Assembly: GCA_964600705.1 (NCBI GenBank)
Contig: CAZRLE010000001.1
Coordinates: forward strand, 1 to 52,765
Direction of reading: 5' to 3'
Source: an uncultured Lachnoclostridium sp.
GTDB lineage: Bacteria; Bacillota; Clostridia; Lachnospirales; Lachnospiraceae
DNA: 52,765 nucleotides
This document shows, one piece after another, positions 9,522-19,025 of the stretch. Both the position numbers and the translations under genes were made by a program. Each line of letters begins with the position of its first letter. Within the stretch, counting starts at the first letter, position 1. The notes under the pieces are model-generated. The model was given only the letters and a program-made list of their open reading frames with translations. It had not been told where the DNA came from and searched no databases.

Positions 9522-9550
9522 TTTACAAAAAGTGTCATTGATGCTATGAT
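9522..9550 (+). promoter_or_regulatory. candidate sigma-A promoter of the PfkB kinase gene
   Basis: TTTACA-17 nt-TATGAT. The perfect 10-bp palindrome TGCACGTGCA lies immediately upstream (9509-9518). Confidence 0.45.
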
Positions 9551-9636
9551 TAATATCATCACGTTTTAACATTGTCTTTTTTACAATACTTTATGTTTTT
9601 GCAACCTTACTTTAAAAGGAAGATTGGAGATTACTC

Positions 9637-10530
9637 ATGAAAAAAATACTTGTTATCGGTTCTACTGTTACTGATGTCATTATCAATGTGGATTTTCTTC
9701 CAAGCACTGCACAGGACGTACATATTTTATCACAAAATACTTCTCTTGGCGGCTGCGCCCATAATGTATCAGACAGCATCCGTCATTTTGATGTGCCTTA
9801 CCTGTTATTCTCACCGGTAGGTACTGGAATTTATGGTGATTATGTCCGTAATGAATTAGCCAAGAAAGGGCTTACCTCACCTGTTCCTACTCCTGAACAG
9901 GCAAACGGCTGCTGCTACTGCTTTGTAGAAACCTCTGGCGAAAGAACCTTTATTGTGGACCGTGGTGCTGAATACCGCTTCTACAAAGAATGGTTTGACA
10001 GTGTAAATCTAGAAGAATTCAGCCATGTCTACCTCTGTGGCCTTGAACTGGAGGAACCTACTGGCGGTAATATTGTTGATTTCTTAGAAAGATGCAATCT
10101 GCCAATCTTTTTTGCAACTGGTCCAAGAATCACTCAGATTGATAAGGATATGATGCGACGTCTGTTTGCCCTGCATCCGGTTATCCACCTGAATGAATCG
10201 GAACTTTGTCAATACACTGGTATTAAGGATTTAGAACAGGCAGCAGACTTTTTATACCAGCAGCTCAATAACACCATTATCATCACTCTCGGCGAACAAG
10301 GCGCCTGCTTCTATGATAATGAGGGCATTCACTACGTTGCTCCAGTAAAAGCAGAACATATTGTGGATACCATCGGTGCCGGTGACAGTCATTTTGGTTC
10401 TGTCATTGCCTGCCTTCTGAAAGGAATGTCTATGGAAACTGCCATTGCTAATGCCAATAAAGTTGCTTCTGCCGTGGTATGTAACAAAGGGGCATTACTA
10501 GATGATGAGGTATTCAAAACATTGTTTTAA
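9637..10530 (+). CDS. PfkB-family carbohydrate kinase (ribokinase-like)
   Basis: 297 aa with N-terminal ILVIGSTVTDV...GGCAHNV and the PfkB signature-2 DTIGAGDSHFG near the C-terminus. A GGAG SD lies 7 nt upstream. The gene is monocistronic, with its own promoter and terminator. Confidence 0.8.
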   Translation: MKKILVIGSTVTDVIINVDFLPSTAQDVHILSQNTSLGGCAHNVSDSIRHFDVPYLLFSPVGTGIYGDYVRNELAKKGLTSPVPTPEQANGCCYCFVETSGERTFIVDRGAEYRFYKEWFDSVNLEEFSHVYLCGLELEEPTGGNIVDFLERCNLPIFFATGPRITQIDKDMMRRLFALHPVIHLNESELCQYTGIKDLEQAADFLYQQLNNTIIITLGEQGACFYDNEGIHYVAPVKAEHIVDTIGAGDSHFGSVIACLLKGMSMETAIANANKVASAVVCNKGALLDDEVFKTLF

Positions 10531-10542
10531 AGTAATAAAAGA

Positions 10543-10598
10543 AAACTCGTAAGAAACCCTCCTATATGAAAGGATGACTCTTACGAGTTTATTTTTTC
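10543..10598. terminator. bidirectional intrinsic terminator between the PfkB kinase gene and the convergent hybrid kinase gene
   Basis: 12-bp stem AAACTCGTAAGA / TCTTACGAGTTT. It is flanked by an A-run upstream and ATTTTTTC downstream. Confidence 0.7.
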
Positions 10599-10632
10599 TA
10601 TTTATTTGTCTTAAGTGATACACTCTCGCTTT

Positions 10633-12378
10633 TTATCCTAAGTATTCTTGTAATTTACGATACAATATATCAATCTCAACTGGTTTGGACAAATGTTCAT
10701 TCATACCACTTCGAATGGAATTTTCCACATCTTCTGCAAAGGCATTGGCTGTCATTGCAAAAATAGGAATCTTAGCTGCATCTTCCCTCTCCATTCCACG
10801 CAGAATTCTTACTGCTTCATCTCCATTCATACCCGGAAGCTGTACATCAAACAAAATCAAATCAAAATAATTTTCTTCCGATGCTCCGTAAATCTCCAAA
10901 GCCTCTTCTGCTGTCCATGCTTTGGTTGGCTCTACCTGTGTTCGTTCCAGAATGGCAAGAATAATTTCCATGTTAATCTCATTGTCCTCTACAATCAGCA
11001 TTCGCTTTCCTAAGAGATTTGGAATCTTGGACTTTTCATCCTTGACCTGTTCTACTACGTCTGCATCTATCTTCAGTTTGGTATATATACGGAATGTAGA
11101 ACCTTTTCCAAGTTCACTTTCAATCTTAAGGTCAGCTCCCATCACATCCAGAATACTTTTTGTAATGTTCATGCCAAGACCATTGCCTTCTGTTCGATTC
11201 ACCACACCTGATTCATCTCGCTCAAATGGCTTAAAAATGTACTTATCTATAAATTCTTGCTTCATCCCAATTCCGGTATCCTTTATCTCTATAAAGAAAG
11301 AAGCATAGCCTGCCTCTGACTCCTTCTCCTCCTTAATACGAAGAGATACTTTACCACCAGATGGAGTGAATTTTAAGCTGTTACTCAACAGATTCATAAA
11401 GACCTGTCTAAGTCTTACCGCATCACCAATCAGATGCTTATGAACAATATCTTCAAACTGAATGGAAAAGTCAATCTTTTTAGCTGCCGCAGTCTGTTCT
11501 AAAACGGCATACATCTTTTCAACCTCTCCTTCCAGCTCAAATGGCGCTTCCTTTAACTTCAATTCATTATTTTCAATTTCGGACATATCCAAAACGTTAT
11601 TAATAAGATATAACAGCATGGAAGAAGAATCACTAATCTTTTTCAAACATTCTTCTACTTTTTCTTTATCATCAATGTTGTACTTTGCCATATCGGTCAT
11701 ACCAATAATAGCGTTCATTGGAGTACGGATATCGTGAGACATGCTCATCAGGAACTTGGTTTTTGCCGCATTGGCTTTCTGCGCGTTTAACTTTTCCTGC
11801 TCAATCTTTTGCTTGCTTCTCTCTTCAATTCGCTGATGATTCTTAATAATCATCCCACAGGATATGGATACCGCCACAAGAGCCATTACGTTATCCTGAT
11901 AATAATAGAGTTCACTCAGATTCCCGAGTCTGCCCGGCATGAATTTATATGTATACATAAGACAGCCAATATACAATGCTAACGTGGAAGAAAAGAGCAA
12001 AATAAAATGTGTTCCGGTAGTAAAAAGAAATATTACCAAAAGTCCTAACACCATCCAAATCGGCATTCCAGACTTAATTCCTCCTCCTTCTGTTCCCATA
12101 TACAGATAAGGGATAAATCCCCATAACATAGGAAGAAGTGTCATACACTTAAACAGTGCCAATTTATCTTCTCGACCTTTTACAAAAGGAAGAATTGCCA
12201 GCAGATAGATAACACTTACAAACATTGGTATAATACTATCTGTCTGAAAATCCATTGCCATCTGCAACAATGCAATTGCAAGCATCGCCACTGCTTCTAT
12301 AATTACCAGTGCATAAAACATAAGTAACTGTGAGGGCATTTCCGCCACATAAGCTTTGAACTGTTTTAACTGTTTCAT
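10633..12378 (-). CDS. hybrid sensor histidine kinase (multi-TM sensor, HisKA, HATPase, REC; no Hpt)
   Basis: 581 aa with about 6 hydrophobic helices in the first 180 aa. Motifs: H-box SMSHDIRTPMNAI; ATPase boxes NSLKFT, DTGIGM, GNGLGMNI; receiver LIVEDNEINM...LFDVQLPGMNG...LSKP. Confidence 0.85.
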   Translation of the reverse strand: MKQLKQFKAYVAEMPSQLLMFYALVIIEAVAMLAIALLQMAMDFQTDSIIPMFVSVIYLLAILPFVKGREDKLALFKCMTLLPMLWGFIPYLYMGTEGGGIKSGMPIWMVLGLLVIFLFTTGTHFILLFSSTLALYIGCLMYTYKFMPGRLGNLSELYYYQDNVMALVAVSISCGMIIKNHQRIEERSKQKIEQEKLNAQKANAAKTKFLMSMSHDIRTPMNAIIGMTDMAKYNIDDKEKVEECLKKISDSSSMLLYLINNVLDMSEIENNELKLKEAPFELEGEVEKMYAVLEQTAAAKKIDFSIQFEDIVHKHLIGDAVRLRQVFMNLLSNSLKFTPSGGKVSLRIKEEKESEAGYASFFIEIKDTGIGMKQEFIDKYIFKPFERDESGVVNRTEGNGLGMNITKSILDVMGADLKIESELGKGSTFRIYTKLKIDADVVEQVKDEKSKIPNLLGKRMLIVEDNEINMEIILAILERTQVEPTKAWTAEEALEIYGASEENYFDLILFDVQLPGMNGDEAVRILRGMEREDAAKIPIFAMTANAFAEDVENSIRSGMNEHLSKPVEIDILYRKLQEYLG

Positions 12379-12531
12379 ACTATCCCACTTCTCCTATCCA
12401 AACATATTTCTAATCCTTTCGACCCTTATTCTCATTTTATCCCTTTTTCAATCATTTTCCAAGTACTATTTTCGTTTTCCGAAAGTTTTCTTTCATAAAT
12501 TTCACATTTTCCAATAAAACATTTTCCTAAT

Positions 12532-12560
12532 TTGACCCTAACGCAAATCTATGTTACAAT
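12532..12560 (+). promoter_or_regulatory. candidate sigma-A promoter of the aldo/keto reductase gene
   Basis: TTGACC-17 nt-TACAAT, 55 nt upstream of the ATG at 12616. It coincides with the spurious TTG start of the long ORF in the track. Confidence 0.5.
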
Positions 12561-12615
12561 TTATTCATTGATGTTGTTACAAATAAAACAGATTTTTTAC
12601 CTATGGAGGGCTATT

Positions 12616-13623
12616 ATGGAATATGTAACATTAGGAAAAACAGGTCTTAACATCTCCCGCCTTGGTTTTGGCGGAATTCCAATTCAGCGTGTAGATGCTT
12701 CCGTTACCAAAACTTTAGTAGAAGCAATGGCAGAAAAAGGAATTAATTTTATTGATACAGCAAGAGGTTATACGGTCAGCGAAGAATTTTTAGGTGAAGC
12801 TTTAGAAGGCTTACGCGATAAATTTGTATTAGCTACTAAGAGTATGTCCCGCAGCAAGGAAGCTATGGCTGCTGACATTGAGACAAGCCTTAAGAATTTA
12901 AAGACTAACTACATTGATTTATATCAGGTTCACAATCCTACTATGGAACAGCTCGAGCAGGTTATGGCAGAAGGCGGTGCCTTAGAAGCTTTATTGGAAG
13001 CTAAAGAAGCTGGTAAGATTGGACACATTGGACTTACCGGACACAGCTTAGAGCTTTTTGAAAAGGCTGTAACATTAGACTGGGTAGAAACTTTTATGTT
13101 CCCATACAATATTGTAGAAACACAGGGCGAGGAACTGATGCGTCAGTGCACAGAAAAAAATATTGGTTTTATCGTTATGAAGCCAATGGCAGGCGGTGCA
13201 ATTGAAGATCCTGAGTTGGCACTCCGTTTCATCTGCTCTAACCCGGATGCCACTGTGGTAATTCCTGGTATGTACGACTTAAAAGAAATTGAGCAGAACT
13301 TATCTGCTGTTGAAAATACAGCTCCTCTTTCCGAAGAAGAATTAGCAAAAATAGGCGAAATTCGTGAACAGCTTGGAACTAACTTCTGTCGCCGTTGTAA
13401 CTACTGCCAGCCTTGTAGTGTAGGTATCAACATTTCCGCAGTATTCTTATTCCAGGGTTACTTAGACCGCTATGGCTTAGGCGACTGGGCAAAGGGACGT
13501 TATGCTACACTCCCTGTAAAAGCAAGTGCCTGTGTAGACTGTGGCGCCTGTGAACCAAGATGTCCATACAATCTGCCAATCCGTCAGATGTTAAAAGAAG
13601 CTGTAACTAAATTTGGTGAATAA
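12616..13623 (+). CDS. aldo/keto reductase with C-terminal 4Fe-4S cluster-binding extension
   Basis: The start was moved to MEYVTLGKTGLNISRLGFGG (GGAGGG SD 5 nt upstream). It has an AKR core (IDTARGY, LYQVHNP) and the C-terminal Cys clusters CRRCNYCQPC and CVDCGACEPRCP. Confidence 0.8.
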   Translation: MEYVTLGKTGLNISRLGFGGIPIQRVDASVTKTLVEAMAEKGINFIDTARGYTVSEEFLGEALEGLRDKFVLATKSMSRSKEAMAADIETSLKNLKTNYIDLYQVHNPTMEQLEQVMAEGGALEALLEAKEAGKIGHIGLTGHSLELFEKAVTLDWVETFMFPYNIVETQGEELMRQCTEKNIGFIVMKPMAGGAIEDPELALRFICSNPDATVVIPGMYDLKEIEQNLSAVENTAPLSEEELAKIGEIREQLGTNFCRRCNYCQPCSVGINISAVFLFQGYLDRYGLGDWAKGRYATLPVKASACVDCGACEPRCPYNLPIRQMLKEAVTKFGE

Positions 13624-13677
13624 ACCTAACAATACTACATAAGAAGAATAAAGCGTATCACTTGCGAAAGGCTCACC

Positions 13678-13705
13678 GCATATCCGGTGAGCCTTCCTAT
13701 ATTCT
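13678..13705. terminator. GC-rich hairpin between convergent genes (probable bidirectional terminator)
   Basis: 11-bp stem AAGGCTCACCG / CGGTGAGCCTT with a 6-nt loop. The U-tracts are weak on both strands. Confidence 0.5.
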
Positions 13706-13712
13706 CTGAATT

Positions 13713-15155
13713 CTATATCTTCGTATTCTCAATAACACGTTCCATACTGTCACGATACATATCCATTGTATGTACAATGGCATTAACTGCTCTCTGATTA
13801 TTATCAGAATAGGACTGCATTTCGCCAATACGTGCCTTTAACTCATCAAAGATTACATTAACCTGATTTACGCTGCTGTTCTGTGTTTCAATGTTGCCAT
13901 ACAGATTTGTAAACTGTTTATTAAGCTTATCAAAGCTTTCCTGTAATTCTTTCATGGTAGCCTTGGATTCTTCCAACGCCTCTGTACTTCCGCTAAACTG
14001 CTCTGCTGTCTGTCCCACTTCCTTAATGAGTTCTTTAACAACTTCCGATACCTGTTCTGAGAAACCGCTGCTTGTGTTGGATAACTGGCGCATTTCATCT
14101 GCAACTACAGCAAAACCTGCACCACTTGCTCCTGCTCTTGCTGCTTCGATAGAAGCATTTAAAGAAAGAATGGTTGTATTGAAAGAAATAGTAGCCAGCT
14201 GATCTGCAATCTCTGCAATCTCACCCATTTTCTTTTCCATGGCATGGAATACTTCATTGGCTTCAGTAATGGTTGTGCTAACCGTTGCAAGCTGCTTTTC
14301 CATATTTTCCATATTAGACTGGTTTTCTTTTAAAGCAACTTCTACACGGGCTACTTCTTCATTTAACGCTTTGATAGACTGCTGAGAGTCTACAATACAA
14401 CCCTGAACGTTATTACAGCTTTCATTCATACCTTCTGCACTAATAACAATAGAGTCAGAACCTCTCTGTAAAGCATCGGTATTATTGTCAATGGCTGCAG
14501 AGGACTGTTCAAAATCTGTTTCAAGAGAAGCCCCCATCTCACGAATAGAGCCTACTAAGCCTTCCGCTTCTTTGGCACGTTCTTCACCAATTTCAATAAA
14601 AGCCCGACCTCTCTTAATGGTCTGAATAAAGAGAACTCCAGTCAGTACAAATTCACCGAGACACTGTACATACTGTCCAAATGGGTCTGCTTTTTCCGGA
14701 TGAAGCATATACATCACCGATAAGGCTATCGTTGCTACAATTAACTGTGCAGTAGAATACTTTGGTTCCAGATAAAGACCTGTTAACGCAATTACTGCAA
14801 GAAACATGATAAAGTCATCACTAAAATAAGCTCCGCTGTTTAAAGCAATGATAAAAGTCAGAATCATCATGCCCAATGCAATTGCCATCTGCTTACTTCT
14901 CTCCGTTGCCTTCTTTACTATCATAACACCAAATACACTTGCAAACACAACAATACTTGCACCAATAAACAGTGCTTCTTTCATTGCGCCTCCCAGTAAA
15001 TTCTTGAAAAAGAATACAACGGCTATCGTCACGGTTACTGCCAGCATGATTTTAAAAATCTTTTCCTGCGTAATCGGTGTCTTTTTTTCAGCTGCAGCCT
15101 TCCCCTTGTTCACTCCCGCTTTTTGTCTGTTCTGCTTCTTCTCTCTCAGTTCCAT
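13713..15155 (-). CDS. methyl-accepting chemotaxis protein (multi-TM N-terminus)
   Basis: 480 aa. A Lys-rich N-terminal tail is followed by about 5 hydrophobic helices. The conserved signalling hairpin is [43 protein letters not shown] lies 7 nt upstream. Confidence 0.85.
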   Translation of the reverse strand: MELREKKQNRQKAGVNKGKAAAEKKTPITQEKIFKIMLAVTVTIAVVFFFKNLLGGAMKEALFIGASIVVFASVFGVMIVKKATERSKQMAIALGMMILTFIIALNSGAYFSDDFIMFLAVIALTGLYLEPKYSTAQLIVATIALSVMYMLHPEKADPFGQYVQCLGEFVLTGVLFIQTIKRGRAFIEIGEERAKEAEGLVGSIREMGASLETDFEQSSAAIDNNTDALQRGSDSIVISAEGMNESCNNVQGCIVDSQQSIKALNEEVARVEVALKENQSNMENMEKQLATVSTTITEANEVFHAMEKKMGEIAEIADQLATISFNTTILSLNASIEAARAGASGAGFAVVADEMRQLSNTSSGFSEQVSEVVKELIKEVGQTAEQFSGSTEALEESKATMKELQESFDKLNKQFTNLYGNIETQNSSVNQVNVIFDELKARIGEMQSYSDNNQRAVNAIVHTMDMYRDSMERVIENTKI

Positions 15156-15178
15156 TGTAACGCCCTCCCATTTTTAAC

Positions 15179-17275
15179 TTACTTTAACTGCTTTTCCACA
15201 TATCTCTGGATGTCTCTATTATTTTCTAACATTCTACAACCTACAATGTAATTACCATTGTCGTTCGTTGAACGAATAACAGTTCCCGTAAGTGACTTTC
15301 CATTTATCACTGGAAAATCGTGAATCATAAGTTCTACATTTTCTCCAACTACTTCTTCAAAGTCCTTACTTCGGCATGCGAATGCATAACCACTTGCACT
15401 AATGTTCACCATAGTACCCTTGAACGTTTTATTGCTCGCTTTCAAAACAATATCACATTCGTTCTTCATTGAAAGACGTGGGAATTTTCTTCGGTTCATT
15501 ACCTTTGGATTGCCCTCAATTAACAGCCAGTAATGCCCCACTCCATCCTTTTCTTTTTTATGAATTACTACATTCTGCCAACTGTAAACTGCATTGTTTA
15601 CAATAACACCCACATTATAATGTTTTTTCTTAAAATCAGCTAAAAACTCAGACAACTCATAGGATTCCCTCAACACAATCTCTTCTTCCAGGATATCTGC
15701 AATTTCTGTCTTAAATCTCTTCTGTGTAGCCGGGTCTGTTAATTCAACATTCATACCAACAGAAATATCTTCCACACTCATAAAACCACCGACACCCAGT
15801 TCTTCCACCAAATGACCTACAACAGTTTCAATATTGGTGATATTACGCGCTGTTTCTTCATATTTGCTCATCATAGTAACAGTCGTTGTTTCTGAATTAA
15901 CAACACTTTCTGTCATTTCCACCATGATATCCTGAACCTGAAGCATGTTGTCTACCATGCTCTTATTGGAGCTTTCCACCTGCTTCATAGCTGCATCTAC
16001 AACTTCAATCTCATTTCCTAACTTCTTGGAATCATCTGCAATATTTTCCACACTGGAATTGACTTTTTCCATGGTTTCTAACGTCTCTGCAATTAATTCC
16101 AAAATTGCACTGACTGACTGCATCATCTTTCCAGATGTATTTTCTAACTGCTTCAGCTCCTCCATAATGCTGTTAGAAGATGTCTGCGTTCCCAAACTTA
16201 AATTTCTGATTTCATCAGCAACTACTGCAAAGCCTCTTCCGTGCTCCCCTGCTCTTGCTGCTTCAATAGAAGCATTCAGTGCCAATAAATTCGTCTGAGA
16301 AGAAATATTCTCAATTGTACTTGTTTCCTGTTTTACCTTATCAAACTGATTACGGAATTCATTCAGAATCCCCTCTACTTCAGCAGACAATTTTGCCATA
16401 GCATTAGTTGATTCCAGCATAACTGCAATCTCTTTGGTACTTTCATCCGCATGTACTGCTGATTTACCACTCAAGTCCACAATGTGTTCAATTAACTCTG
16501 CCACATTACTTACCTGATCATCGATATTATGAGTCATCTCCATGGAAGAATCAATCTTTACACTAAGCAGGTTGCTTTTCTCTACCAGACTCTCCATACA
16601 GTCTACTACAGCACCTGCACCCTCTTTATTTTCTTCTGCAAGCTCTCTTACAACAGTAACACCATCTACTACTGCATTGCTGGCAACTTTTACCTTTTCA
16701 ACAGTTGTAATGACTCTTTCCAGGTTCGCCTTTACCGAATCCAGTAGTGCTCCATCTGACTGAAGTAAATGGTTAATCGCTGTAATAAACCCACCGAAGC
16801 AGAATACAATAACTGCTATCTGAATCTCAAAGTTAGAGATATCCGATGGTGAATTCATACCATTCATATAATTTCTTACAATAGTAATCGCAACTGTTAC
16901 GATAGTTGCAAACCCACAACGTATAAAGAAATTTCTGTCCTTATAAATAACCATCATACTCATGATTGGAAGAACATAAGTAAATGCAAGGGTTGCCGGT
17001 GAGGTCAGCATGATATACAAATAGAAAACCCCAAAACCAAAGCCTACAATATCCTGATAAAATTTAAAATGCCAGCCCTTTACCTTTAGCACAATAAGCC
17101 CTGCTATAAAAGGCACCCAGCAAATCAATTCCATTACAAGAAAATATTGTACTGTCTTTAGTCCTTTTAAAATCTCAATTGCATAAGCCACCGACAAAAC
17201 AATGGATATAATAAGCCACATAGTCATGGCTCTTTTATTGGCCCTCTCCGCAAAATGCTTATCATTATATTCCAT
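15179..17275 (-). CDS. methyl-accepting chemotaxis protein fused to a C-terminal YcgR/MotI-like PilZ module
   Basis: 698 aa with about 6 N-terminal helices and the signalling hairpin [33 protein letters not shown]. The last 104 aa carry the PilZ motifs RRKFPR (RxxxR) and NISASG (D/NxSxxG). They are preceded by a roughly 100-aa beta-rich domain resembling the YcgR N-domain. Confidence 0.85.
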   Translation of the reverse strand: MEYNDKHFAERANKRAMTMWLIISIVLSVAYAIEILKGLKTVQYFLVMELICWVPFIAGLIVLKVKGWHFKFYQDIVGFGFGVFYLYIMLTSPATLAFTYVLPIMSMMVIYKDRNFFIRCGFATIVTVAITIVRNYMNGMNSPSDISNFEIQIAVIVFCFGGFITAINHLLQSDGALLDSVKANLERVITTVEKVKVASNAVVDGVTVVRELAEENKEGAGAVVDCMESLVEKSNLLSVKIDSSMEMTHNIDDQVSNVAELIEHIVDLSGKSAVHADESTKEIAVMLESTNAMAKLSAEVEGILNEFRNQFDKVKQETSTIENISSQTNLLALNASIEAARAGEHGRGFAVVADEIRNLSLGTQTSSNSIMEELKQLENTSGKMMQSVSAILELIAETLETMEKVNSSVENIADDSKKLGNEIEVVDAAMKQVESSNKSMVDNMLQVQDIMVEMTESVVNSETTTVTMMSKYEETARNITNIETVVGHLVEELGVGGFMSVEDISVGMNVELTDPATQKRFKTEIADILEEEIVLRESYELSEFLADFKKKHYNVGVIVNNAVYSWQNVVIHKKEKDGVGHYWLLIEGNPKVMNRRKFPRLSMKNECDIVLKASNKTFKGTMVNISASGYAFACRSKDFEEVVGENVELMIHDFPVINGKSLTGTVIRSTNDNGNYIVGCRMLENNRDIQRYVEKQLK

Positions 17276-17307
17276 CTTTCATACTCCTTTAGTTTCTTAT
17301 ATTCATT

Positions 17308-18804
17308 TTACTTTCTTTCAACCGTTTCTTTCAGTGTCTTCAACTGTTCAAAGGTTCCTTCCACTGTGGAAACAAAGCTTCCTAAAGTATTCATAGTATC
17401 ATCTAAAGTCTGCTTGCTTGTCTGTGTTCCTGCAGATACTTCTTCCGATGCGGCAGATAAAAGTGAAATACTGTCTACAATCGCTTTATTGGCTTCTAAT
17501 ACCTCAGATACTTCCTGACTCATACTTGCAACGCCTCTCTGAAGTCCAAGCATACCAGATTCTACTTCTGTAAAGCTTGCATTTACCTCTTCTACCTTCT
17601 GGCGCTGTACATTGATACTTTCCACTGACTCTTCAATTCCAGCCTGTGTATCATTAGTAACTGCCATTAACTGATTGATAATCACTGTAATCTGTTCTGT
17701 TGATTTCTTTGTCTCTTCTGCAAGGGAACGAATCTGGTCTGCTACAACCGCAAAACCTCTTCCTGCATCTCCTGCTCTTGCCGCTTCAATACTTGCATTT
17801 AAAGCTAATAAGTTAGTCTGGGATGAGATATTGATAATAGAATCTGTAATATTCGATACTTTTTCAACATTAGTTACCAATACTTCCATTGTCTCAGAAA
17901 TTCTCGCTGTATTCTGGTCTACGACAACCGACTGTTTCTGTAACTCATCTGCCAAATCTTTACCTGTCTCAACAATGTTCTTTAATTTTTCTGTTGTATC
18001 CATAGCTTCAATTGCTGTTTCATTGGTATTCTCTAATCTTGCCTGAATCTGTCCGGTCATATCCGCCTGATGATTTACCGCCTCTGCCGTACTTTCGGAA
18101 CTTGCCGCAATGCTATCCATTGCAAGACTGGCAGAATCTACTGAATTATGAATCACATCTAATTCATTCATTACTTCATGGAAATCACCATCTAATTTTT
18201 CAACAATACCGGCAACTGTTTCAGCAACCTGCTGCTGACGTGCTGCTTCTTCTTTAATCACTGCCTGATCTTCTCTACTAAATGCAATTAATAAATTAAC
18301 TGCCTGAAATGCTCCGTATGTACCAATTACAAAGCTCATAGTTACCAGATTGGACTGTAAATATAACTCATCCATACCTGCCATTTTAAGAGTTACTGTC
18401 TTAATTACACATATAATAAAAGAAATAAGACATCCCAACATAACAACTCTGGCATTCAAATATATCATAAACCCGATTAATGCCGGAAAAGCCATTACTA
18501 AAACAATAACACCATTTCCTGCGACTACAATACCATAAGCAAATATAAACGTAACAGCCATAAACACCATGGCCAATTTCTTTTGGCTATTTTTACGAAC
18601 CACAACCTGCGTGATAAGTGTCAATCCTAAATAAAAACCACATCTTAAATAAAACAACGTCATGTTCGTATCTGCAGTCTTATTCATCATTTCAACAACT
18701 AAATAAAGCATATACGATACCGTTAAAATCATCATCATCGCTTTATTGGCACGCTGATACTGTTCTGGTGTTAAATCTTGTCTGTTCAAAAGTTTTTCCT
18801 TCAT
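17308..18804 (-). CDS. methyl-accepting chemotaxis protein (multi-TM N-terminus, paralog of the PilZ-fused receptor)
   Basis: 498 aa. The N-terminus QRANKAMMMILTV resembles [13 protein letters not shown] of the neighbouring receptor. It has about 6 helices and the signalling hairpin [33 protein letters not shown]. Confidence 0.85.
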   Translation of the reverse strand: MKEKLLNRQDLTPEQYQRANKAMMMILTVSYMLYLVVEMMNKTADTNMTLFYLRCGFYLGLTLITQVVVRKNSQKKLAMVFMAVTFIFAYGIVVAGNGVIVLVMAFPALIGFMIYLNARVVMLGCLISFIICVIKTVTLKMAGMDELYLQSNLVTMSFVIGTYGAFQAVNLLIAFSREDQAVIKEEAARQQQVAETVAGIVEKLDGDFHEVMNELDVIHNSVDSASLAMDSIAASSESTAEAVNHQADMTGQIQARLENTNETAIEAMDTTEKLKNIVETGKDLADELQKQSVVVDQNTARISETMEVLVTNVEKVSNITDSIINISSQTNLLALNASIEAARAGDAGRGFAVVADQIRSLAEETKKSTEQITVIINQLMAVTNDTQAGIEESVESINVQRQKVEEVNASFTEVESGMLGLQRGVASMSQEVSEVLEANKAIVDSISLLSAASEEVSAGTQTSKQTLDDTMNTLGSFVSTVEGTFEQLKTLKETVERK

Positions 18805-18884
18805 AGTCTTCTCCTTTTCAGTCTCTTTTATATTAGTTATTCTGTCCCTTCAACAGCTTCTTTTATTATACGTCCCTATCTTCT

Positions 18885-18913
18885 ATTATACAAAATAATC
18901 CAAATTTTATCAA
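18885..18913 (-). promoter_or_regulatory. candidate sigma-A promoter of the three-receptor operon
   Basis: Minus strand reads TTGATA-17 nt-TATAAT, about 80 nt upstream of the start at 18804. No sigma-D/sigma-28-type motif was recognised. Confidence 0.4.
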
Positions 18914-18970
18914 TAAACAACAAAACAATTTGCACCATTTTCACAGCTTCCTACTTAAGTCCCAAATGAT

Positions 18971-19018
18971 GAAAAAAAGGTAACGTTGAAGCCAACATAA
19001 TGTAAACTCAACGTTACC
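18971..19018 (-). terminator. intrinsic terminator after the deacetylase gene
   Basis: 11-bp stem GGTAACGTTGA / TCAACGTTACC followed on the minus strand by TTTTTTTC. Confidence 0.65.
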
Positions 19019-19025
19019 ATTTTTT

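Noticed and set aside
12532-12615. N-terminal 28-codon extension of the aldo/keto reductase ORF, from a TTG start.
   Set aside because: The TTG is the first base of a TTGACC-17-TACAAT promoter. The ATG at 12616 has a GGAGGG SD and gives the canonical AKR N-terminus.
14101-17830. Nucleotide-level repeat shared by the three MCP genes (around 14101-14170, 16215-16290 and 17735-17815).
   Set aside because: It corresponds to the universally conserved signalling-hairpin codons ([10 protein letters not shown]...GFAVVADE), that is, paralog conservation. It is not a repeat element.
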